A DNA stretch of 64,000 nt from NCBI GenBank assembly GCA_944391415.1, contig CALXTM010000004.1, forward strand, positions 27,783-91,782, in the 5' to 3' direction. A program made the translations under genes and the position numbers. Shown here in pieces: positions 57,181 through 64,000 of this stretch; position 1 is the first letter of the stretch; each line of letters begins with the position of its first letter. The notes beneath the pieces are model-generated. The model was given only the letters and a program-made list of their open reading frames with translations. It was not told the DNA's origin and searched no databases. Source of the stretch: an uncultured Alphaproteobacteria bacterium (GTDB lineage Bacteria; Pseudomonadota; Alphaproteobacteria; RF32; CAG-239).

Positions 57181-57672
57181 ATGGCTAAATTTGTTTCGGA
57201 AAAAATTAGAAAAAAATCGGCTGCAAGATTGGCTGCCGTACAGGCAACATATATGATAGAATATGGACAGCTATCGGTTGACGAAGTAATTAAAGATTTT
57301 GTAAACGGAGAAATCGGCCGCTATGCAATCGAAGAGGAAAGCGACGGATATGAAGTTTTGGAAAATGTGGTCGAGATTGAGGAAATGGATGTCGATTATT
57401 TTACCAAACTGACGCGCGAAGTACATAAAAACAAAGAACAGTTGGAAAAATCATTGGCGCATTTCTTGAAAGAAGGATGGCAGTTTGACAGATTTGACGG
57501 GACATTGCGGGCATTGCTTCTTTGTGCGGCCTATGAGCTTGCGTACACGACCGACGTCGATGCGGCGGTTATTGTTAAAGAATATGTCGATTTGGCCTAT
57601 GCTTTCTTTAATAAAAACGAACCTAAAATGGTCAATGCCTTGCTTGATACAATTGCCAAAGCAGTACGCTAG
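57181..57672 (+). CDS. nusB: transcription antitermination factor NusB
   Basis: ARLAAVQATYMIEY... matches the NusB family. It starts 1 nt after the nrdR stop. Confidence 0.8.
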   Translation: MAKFVSEKIRKKSAARLAAVQATYMIEYGQLSVDEVIKDFVNGEIGRYAIEEESDGYEVLENVVEIEEMDVDYFTKLTREVHKNKEQLEKSLAHFLKEGWQFDRFDGTLRALLLCAAYELAYTTDVDAAVIVKEYVDLAYAFFNKNEPKMVNALLDTIAKAVR

Positions 57673-57682
57673 GAAATAGAAA

Positions 57683-58201
57683 ATGACAAAGTTAAAACTA
57701 TATGAATATCCGCATCCGATTTTGAAAAAAAAGGCCGAGAAAGTCGTCGAGGTTAATGATGATTTGCGCAAGTTGTTGGATGATATGTTGGAGACAATGT
57801 ATGCATCAAACGGTTGTGGTTTGGCTGCTCCGCAAATAGGACTGTCAAAGAGAATCGTAGTGATTGATATTGCAGGAGAGGGGAAGGAGCCTAACCCGCT
57901 TTATATGGTTAACCCGGAGATAATTTGGAGCTCGGAAGAAAAAGAAATTTCCGAGGAGGGGTGTTTGTCGGTTCCGGGGCAAAGAGCTGAGGTAGAAAGG
58001 CCGGCAGTGGTAAGAATTAGATATCTGGATTATGACGGCAAAGAACAAGAAATGCTGGCAGAGGAGTTTTTGGCGGTGGCTGCTCAGCATGAAATAGATC
58101 ATTTGGACGGAGTGTTGTATATTGATCACTTGAGCCGTCTTAAAAGACAAATGCTTTTGAAAAAGCTAGAAAAATATCGTAAAGAACACAACGGTAAATA
58201 G
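57683..58201 (+). CDS. def: peptide deformylase
   Basis: Motifs GCGLAAPQIG, EGCLS and HEIDHLDG. Confidence 0.9.
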   Translation: MTKLKLYEYPHPILKKKAEKVVEVNDDLRKLLDDMLETMYASNGCGLAAPQIGLSKRIVVIDIAGEGKEPNPLYMVNPEIIWSSEEKEISEEGCLSVPGQRAEVERPAVVRIRYLDYDGKEQEMLAEEFLAVAAQHEIDHLDGVLYIDHLSRLKRQMLLKKLEKYRKEHNGK

Positions 58202-58202
58202 A

Positions 58203-58655
58203 CTATAATTTTTTGACCATTTTGGCAAAGGTGATACCGCGCTCTTCAAAAATGTCGCCTTCTTGATGATAGCCCATTTTTTCATAAAAGCCGATGACAT
58301 TTAGCATGGCATGCATAATGATGTTTTGAAAGCCGGCTTTTTTGGCGCGTTTTTCGGCATAACGTACAAGCTCGTGCCCGATGCCCTCACCCTGGTATTT
58401 TGTGTCAACGGCAACTTGCATCATGCGGATGTTTTTGTCATCAAGAGGGATGAGCATCAGTCCGCCGATAAGCTTATCGTCAAGGCTTTCCACACAGCCG
58501 ATATGAAGATAATTGACCTCTTTGTCACGATGAGAATCCAGAAATTTTAGCCCCAGAGGCTCTAATAAAACCTTATAACGTAACTCGACAAGTTGTTCGT
58601 AGCGACTGGTCCCAAAGTCTATGTCAATCATCTTTCTCATGGCTTTTCTCCCCAA
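58203..58655 (-). CDS. GNAT-family N-acetyltransferase
   Basis: Acetyl-CoA motif QVAVDTKYQGEGIGHELV. Confidence 0.75.
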   Translation of the reverse strand: MGRKAMRKMIDIDFGTSRYEQLVELRYKVLLEPLGLKFLDSHRDKEVNYLHIGCVESLDDKLIGGLMLIPLDDKNIRMMQVAVDTKYQGEGIGHELVRYAEKRAKKAGFQNIIMHAMLNVIGFYEKMGYHQEGDIFEERGITFAKMVKKL

Positions 58656-58792
58656 TAATACTTTTTCTTATTATGCCTCGTTTATATCAGTTAGTCAATC
58701 ATTATGGCAAAAACAATACTTGCGTATTTTTAATTTTCGGTTATTTTGAGGAAATAATGTAAGTTGAGGGACTTGAGAAAGATTTTGAAAAA

Positions 58793-60601
58793 ATGAATAA
58801 CCATCCAATTGAGTTAATCAGAAATTTTGCAATTATTGCCCATATCGATCACGGAAAATCAACCCTGGCAGATAGATTGATTGAAATGTGCGGCGGTTTG
58901 GAAAAACGTGAAATGACCGAGCAGGTTTTGGACAATATGGATATTGAAAGAGAAAGAGGAATTACAATTAAGGCTCAAACCGTGAGACTTAATTATAAGG
59001 CTAAAGACGGAAAAACTTATGAGCTTAATTTGATAGACACGCCGGGACATGTGGATTTTTCTTATGAAGTGTCTCGCTCTCTGGCATCTTGCGAAGGATC
59101 GGTTTTGGTGGTAGATGCCACCCAAGGTGTGGAGGCGCAAACACTGGCAAATGTCTATTTGGCAATTGATAATAACCACGAGATTATTCCGGTATTAAAT
59201 AAGGTTGATTTGCCGTCGGCCGATGTCGAAAGAGTAAAACAGCAAATTGAGGATGTTATTGGGCTTGATACTACAGATGCGGTGGAGACGTCAGGTAAAA
59301 CAGGCTTTGGGGTTGATAGGCTGCTTGAGGCGATAGTTACAAGATTGCCGGCACCTAAAGGTGATGAAAAGGCTCCGCTAAAAGCGTTGCTGATTGACAG
59401 TTGGTATGATAGTTATTTGGGTGTGATTATCTTGGTGCGAATCCACGATGGTGTGTTGCGCAAAAAGACACAAATCCGCATGATGTCAAATAATGCTACT
59501 TATTTGGTGGAAAAAGTGGGAATCTTTTCACCAAAGATGACCGATGTTGATGCATTGTATCCGGGAGAGGTCGGTTTTATTACGGCAAGTATTAAAAGTG
59601 TCGGTGATTGCAGGGTCGGAGATACAATTACCGATAATAAAAATCCATGTGCTGAGCCGCTTAAAGGATTTAAACCTGCAATACCGGTGGTGTTTTGCTC
59701 AATATTTCCGGTTGATTCAAGCCAATATGATGCCTTAAAAGATGCCCTGGCAAAGTTGAAACTCAATGATGCGAGCATTGATTATCAAAATGAAAACTCG
59801 GCGGCATTGGGATTGGGCTTCAGATGCGGATTTTTGGGGCTGTTACATATGGAAATCATCCAAGAACGGCTGGGAAGAGAATTTGATCTTGATTTGATTA
59901 CAACAGCTCCGTCGGTCGCATATAAAATATATTTGACCAATGGTGAGGTTATGACGCTGCATAACCCGGCAGATATGCCAGAGCCAACCAAAATAGAATC
60001 GATTGAAGAGCCGATGGTTAAGGCGACTATTTTGGTGCCGGATACATATTTGGGAGCAGTGTTAAAATTGTGTACCGAACGCAGAGGCGAGCAGCAGGAG
60101 CTTACTTATGTCGGCTCGCGGGCGATGGTGATATATAAAATTCCCTTAAATGAGATTGTGTTTGATTTTTATGATCGTTTGAAGTCAATTACATCAGGCT
60201 ATGCAAGTTTTGATTATGAGTTGATCGGATATCAGAAATCCGATTTGGTAAAAGTACAGATTTTGATTAATGAGGAGCTGGTTGATGCGTTGGCATTTTT
60301 GTGTCATAAAACCGAGGCCGAGGGACGTGGACGACAAATCTGCGAAAGGCTTAAGGACCTGATTCCCAGACATTTGTTTAAAATTCCGATACAGGCTTGT
60401 ATTGGCGGCAGAGTGGTTGCCAGAGAGACAATATCGGCTTTGCGCAAAGATGTGACGGCAAAGTGTTATGGCGGTGATGTGACACGTAAACGCAAGTTGT
60501 TGGATAAACAAAAGAAAGGTAAACAAAGGATGCGGCAATTCGGCAAAGTGGAGGTTCCGCAATCGGCATTTATCGAGGCGTTGAGAATCGGAGATGATTA
60601 G
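58793..60601 (+). CDS. lepA: elongation factor 4
   Basis: GTP-binding [10 protein letters not shown] and the LepA-specific C-terminal domain. Confidence 0.95.
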   Translation: MNNHPIELIRNFAIIAHIDHGKSTLADRLIEMCGGLEKREMTEQVLDNMDIERERGITIKAQTVRLNYKAKDGKTYELNLIDTPGHVDFSYEVSRSLASCEGSVLVVDATQGVEAQTLANVYLAIDNNHEIIPVLNKVDLPSADVERVKQQIEDVIGLDTTDAVETSGKTGFGVDRLLEAIVTRLPAPKGDEKAPLKALLIDSWYDSYLGVIILVRIHDGVLRKKTQIRMMSNNATYLVEKVGIFSPKMTDVDALYPGEVGFITASIKSVGDCRVGDTITDNKNPCAEPLKGFKPAIPVVFCSIFPVDSSQYDALKDALAKLKLNDASIDYQNENSAALGLGFRCGFLGLLHMEIIQERLGREFDLDLITTAPSVAYKIYLTNGEVMTLHNPADMPEPTKIESIEEPMVKATILVPDTYLGAVLKLCTERRGEQQELTYVGSRAMVIYKIPLNEIVFDFYDRLKSITSGYASFDYELIGYQKSDLVKVQILINEELVDALAFLCHKTEAEGRGRQICERLKDLIPRHLFKIPIQACIGGRVVARETISALRKDVTAKCYGGDVTRKRKLLDKQKKGKQRMRQFGKVEVPQSAFIEALRIGDD

Positions 60602-60714
60602 CTATAAAAACAAGAATTGTTGCAAAAAATAAACTTAGACGTTGTATTTTAAATTTGGTGTAATATATTGTTATTGTCGGGATCAAATCCGATATATATA
60701 TCATAAAAGCAAGG

Positions 60715-60757
60715 GGCAGGAATTTTGGGGTTGTTTCTTAGAATTCCTGCCTTTTTT
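60715..60757. terminator. hairpin terminator shared by convergent lepA (+) and truA (-)
   Basis: GGCAGGAATT...AATTCCTGCC stem followed by T6. The truA stop lies in the T-run. Confidence 0.55.
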
Positions 60758-61496
60758 AGTAGAATACTTGGGTTAGGTACAGTCCGCAAGCCGGGGCGGT
60801 GGCTCCGGCGCAAGAGCGGTTGCGGGCTTCGAGAATGGTCTTGATATCTTGGGGCTGAAGTTTGCCTGTTCCGACCAGTTTGAGTGTACCAACCATGTTG
60901 CGAACCTGATGATGCAGGAATGATTTGGCTTCTACGGCAAAAATAATTTCGTCACCTTGAGTGGTGATATCAAGCCGGTCAAGGGTTTTGATTGGTGATT
61001 TGGCTTGGCAGGCAGCAGCTCTGAAAGAAGTAAAATCGTGGTGACCTAGAAGGTATGATGCACCTTGGCGCATTTTGTCAACATCCAATTCTACAGGAAC
61101 CCACCATACGCGGTTTTGCAATAAGACAGATGGGGCACGACGATTGAGAATGCGGTAGATATAGGCACGACCGTTGGCGGAAAAACGGGCGTGAAAATCA
61201 GGCGAGACCTGCTTGACATCAAGCACTACAACAGGGGCGTTCAGCAGACGCAAATTGGCATTGAAGGCTTCGCGGATTTTCCATGGTTCCATGGCGGTGT
61301 CAAAGTCAATGTGGGCAACCTGCCCGGTGGCATGGACCCCGGCATCGGTGCGTCCGGCAGCGGCTATCTCTGAATGAAAGCCGCTTAATTTTTCCAAAAC
61401 TGTTTCAAGATATTCTTGAACCGATGGGCCGTCAAGCTGACGTTGCCAGCCAAGAAGATTGGTGCCTTCATATTCCAAAGTGAGTTTGTAACGCAT
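60756..61496 (-). CDS. truA: tRNA pseudouridine(38-40) synthase
   Basis: MRYKLTLEYEGT...GWQRQ plus the catalytic AGRTDAGVHA. Confidence 0.9.
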   Translation of the reverse strand: MRYKLTLEYEGTNLLGWQRQLDGPSVQEYLETVLEKLSGFHSEIAAAGRTDAGVHATGQVAHIDFDTAMEPWKIREAFNANLRLLNAPVVVLDVKQVSPDFHARFSANGRAYIYRILNRRAPSVLLQNRVWWVPVELDVDKMRQGASYLLGHHDFTSFRAAACQAKSPIKTLDRLDITTQGDEIIFAVEAKSFLHHQVRNMVGTLKLVGTGKLQPQDIKTILEARNRSCAGATAPACGLYLTQVFY

Positions 61497-61509
61497 TAAT
61501 TAATCCTTG

Positions 61510-61541
61510 TATATAAAAAAGGAGCATAAAACTTTTATGCC
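61510..61541 (-). terminator. intrinsic terminator after oxidoreductase gene (minus strand)
   Basis: GCATAAAA.TTTTATGC hairpin followed on the minus strand by TCCTTTTTT. Confidence 0.5.
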
Positions 61542-61567
61542 CCTGGAAAAAAGTTTTTGCAAGCTTT

Positions 61568-62575
61568 TTATTCGGCCGCCAATTGAATGCTTTGGTTAAA
61601 AGATATTGCATTTTCAATATCCCAAATAACACGCAAAGCTTCAAGAGCCTGCTCGCCGGAAATACGCGGCATTTCTTTACCTAAAATGCAGTTGGCAAAG
61701 TGATTGAGCTCTGAGGTAAGAGGCTGAGCCTGCATAATAAACAGATTTTCGACACTTCCTTTAAGACCATAGCGCATGTTCTCGGGAAGATCGTTTTGGT
61801 TGACATTATGCATGCGCCCTTGAGAATGAACAGCAATACTTTGGTTGATAAAGTCCAAATCGATGTAATTATCATCGGTGGTAACATTCAAGGTGCGAAT
61901 CCTTGACTGAGTAATGCGCGAAGCGGTCAGAGTTGCAGTGGCGCCGTTGGCAAACTCAACCATGGCTGTAATATAATCTTTGCCGGATGGTGATTTTTTA
62001 GAGCGAACGGCTGAGGCTTGAACATTAACTACCGGAGATTTGACTAAAGACAAAACAATCTCCGCATCGTGAATCATCAAGTCCATCGCTACGTCAACAT
62101 CAGTTATACGACCAGAGGCCGCCGACATACGACGGGTCTCCAAAGAGCAAATTTTGGAGGTGTCATTAAGAATTTTGTGCAATTGCTCAATTGCCGGGTT
62201 GAACTGTTCGATATGGCCAACCAACAAAGTAACATGATTGTTGCGGGCAGCGGTAATTAAACGTTGGCACTCATCTTCGGTGGTGGCAAGAGGTTTTTCC
62301 ATAAGGCAGTGGATGCCACGGTTTAGGAAAAATTCGCCAACGTCGGCATGGGTAACAGATGTGGTAACAACGCTTACGGCATCAACTGAAGAGGCAACTT
62401 CTTCCAGCGAAGAAAAAGCCTTGATACCAAATGTTGCAGCGGCAGAAGCAGCGGCTTCGGCACAGATATCATAAACGCCAACCAGCTCAAATGCGGGCAA
62501 GGTCTTATATGTTCTTAAGTGATTTTTGCCCATCATGCCGGCCCCGATGACGGCAACTTTAATCGGATTTGTCAT
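61568..62575 (-). CDS. Gfo/Idh/MocA-family NAD(P)-dependent oxidoreductase
   Basis: Rossmann VAVIGAGMMGKNH and the EKPLA motif. Confidence 0.8.
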   Translation of the reverse strand: MTNPIKVAVIGAGMMGKNHLRTYKTLPAFELVGVYDICAEAAASAAATFGIKAFSSLEEVASSVDAVSVVTTSVTHADVGEFFLNRGIHCLMEKPLATTEDECQRLITAARNNHVTLLVGHIEQFNPAIEQLHKILNDTSKICSLETRRMSAASGRITDVDVAMDLMIHDAEIVLSLVKSPVVNVQASAVRSKKSPSGKDYITAMVEFANGATATLTASRITQSRIRTLNVTTDDNYIDLDFINQSIAVHSQGRMHNVNQNDLPENMRYGLKGSVENLFIMQAQPLTSELNHFANCILGKEMPRISGEQALEALRVIWDIENAISFNQSIQLAAE

Positions 62576-62693
62576 AATTTTTTACCTCTAGATTGTTTGT
62601 AGAAAACTTATTTTGGTTTACATATATCAATTATTTTGATAAAAAGCTTTTAAATTCTTGTTACATATTGTTACAGAAAAACGGAGATATCTT

Positions 62694-64000
62694 ATGAAAA
62701 AAGGACTGGCGTACGGTTTAATGGTGTTGGGCGGAATAGGGCTGTTGACAGCGTGTTCAACAGAGAAAAAATCTTTGGGAATCGCGTTACAAACCAATGA
62801 TCTGGTGTTTAGCGGAAGTCCCGAAAGTCTGCCTGATAAGGTTAATGTTTATACCTCTATGGCCAGGGCTGCCAAATATAATGCCGATGTGTCGGCCCAA
62901 AATATGTTCAAGAAAATATATGATACTAATACTCAAACACCAGAAAAAATCGTAGAATCGTTATTGGGAACAGGGCAAGAAACAAATAAACTTTATAATG
63001 CCGCCAGGGCAATGGATTTTGCAGATATATATGCCATGAGCGTGTTGACCGACAATCTGAAATATATTGAAAATGCAATGTATGCAAAGTCAGCTCAGAA
63101 TCTGAGTGTGGCCGCAATTAAATTGCATAGAGAGGAAATATTTGCCACTAAAGAAATTAAGCAAATCGATCGATTGTTAAACCAGCAAGGAAAAATTTTG
63201 AAAAAACTTAACGAAAGAAACGAACGAGATGATTTGACCGTGCCGGAGCTTAATTATCGCAAGGATTTGGAGGTTGCTTTGAATAATTTGGGCGAGATTA
63301 GAAAACAACTCGAATTTGTAAACCTTGAATATGGGCAGTTGGTTAAAACAACAGACAAAGATTTGCGACTTGAGGGCAAAAGATTTTATGAACTAGATGA
63401 TTTTGACAAGCGGTATACTCCGGATATATTTCAGGATGCGGCTGTTAGCAACCGCAGAGAGTTCGTTTTGGCCAAAGAAAAACTCGGCGGGTTTAATGCC
63501 GCCAAAGCCAGAAGGCAGGCATATGTCGACTATCCTCCGGTGGCAAGACTTGATATAAACGGTTTGGAGGTCGAAGACAGCCGTTATGAAAATGAATTGT
63601 TTAATAAAGCAAAGCTTGTTACCTATAATTTGTTGGAGAGTGTGGCCGAATATCAAAAATCGCCTACGGATGACCGGCTAAAACAAAAAGCGTTTGATGA
63701 GCTGGCGGCGTTGGTTATGACACAGGTCGAACTCGGCTATAGATTGGTAGAAAAAGCATCGTTTGATTATGAGGCGAATCGTTATCAGATAGTTGCGACC
63801 AAAAATGCCATCAAAGAGTTAAATAAAAAGAAAAATTTGCCAGATTATGAAAAAATAGATTTGTTAAATAAAGAGATAGAACAAATTGCGTTGGAGCAAA
63901 AAGAAGTGCAAATTTTGGCAGAAAGGGCTGCCGCTTTGCGGAATTTGTATTTTTTGGCGGGGTTGTCGCCCTTTGATAAGAATATGCTGAAAGGAAGAAT
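62694..64000 (+). CDS. lipoprotein, possibly outer-membrane efflux (TolC-like) family; 3' partial
   Basis: Open frame with no stop to the window edge, so it is absent from the supplied ORF track. Signal plus lipobox LLTAC; helical, coiled-coil-rich sequence. Confidence 0.5.
   Translation, partial: MKKGLAYGLMVLGGIGLLTACSTEKKSLGIALQTNDLVFSGSPESLPDKVNVYTSMARAAKYNADVSAQNMFKKIYDTNTQTPEKIVESLLGTGQETNKLYNAARAMDFADIYAMSVLTDNLKYIENAMYAKSAQNLSVAAIKLHREEIFATKEIKQIDRLLNQQGKILKKLNERNERDDLTVPELNYRKDLEVALNNLGEIRKQLEFVNLEYGQLVKTTDKDLRLEGKRFYELDDFDKRYTPDIFQDAAVSNRREFVLAKEKLGGFNAAKARRQAYVDYPPVARLDINGLEVEDSRYENELFNKAKLVTYNLLESVAEYQKSPTDDRLKQKAFDELAALVMTQVELGYRLVEKASFDYEANRYQIVATKNAIKELNKKKNLPDYEKIDLLNKEIEQIALEQKEVQILAERAAALRNLYFLAGLSPFDKNMLKGR

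Noticed and set aside
62069-62474. Plus-strand ORFs (63, 78 aa) inside the oxidoreductase gene
   Set aside because: They are antisense to a Gfo/Idh/MocA gene with clear Rossmann and EKPLA motifs.

Overview
This 64 kb window is about 40% GC and looks like a chromosomal segment from a Gram-negative, probably alphaproteobacterial, genome. The lineage call is inference from adk sitting between secY and rpsM and from no rpsD/rpmJ in the alpha operon. It is dominated by core informational genes.

Gene content in order:
- A minus-strand nucleoside-catabolism operon (cdd, punA-like PNP, deoC, deoA).
- A 1370-aa AsmA-family envelope protein with a long C-terminal coiled coil, then galU.
- An isolated rplQ (L17) with a Lys/Ala-rich tail, then rpoB-rpoC.
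- uvrC-pgsA and an ompR/envZ-like two-component pair, followed by a highly acidic protein of unknown function.
- A Cys-rich lipoprotein diverging from a secreted SNase-like thermonuclease.
- rplU-rpmA-obg-rsfS, then a convergent rlmH, PiT phosphate transporter and DUF47 partner.
- dsbA-like, ftsH, and two tandem paralogous ankyrin-like small proteins with KE-rich tails.
- The S10-spc-alpha ribosomal supercluster (rpsJ...rplO, secY-adk-rpsM-rpsK-rpoA). It has its own promoter and long leader, and an antisense TM-anchored methyltransferase is inserted between rplO and secY.
- gyrA, then a bacterial MIF/tautomerase homolog.
- A minus-strand tRNA-Cys/tRNA-Asn pair flanked by a duplicated ~75-nt element that ends in terminator hairpins.
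- rpiB-glyA, murF, nrdR fused directly to nusB (no rib genes), def, a GNAT, lepA, truA, a Gfo/Idh/MocA oxidoreductase and a partial lipoprotein at the edge.

Many genes use GTG/TTG starts. Several near-consensus sigma70 promoters and intrinsic terminators are readable. I saw no CRISPR array, IS/transposase, integrase or phage module. I could not identify a canonical defence system.

The most interesting candidates are the eukaryote-like ANK pair and MIF homolog, the AsmA/coiled-coil fusion, the acidic protein plus lipoprotein plus nuclease neighbourhood, the duplicated element at the tRNA locus, and the rearranged ribosomal gene order.
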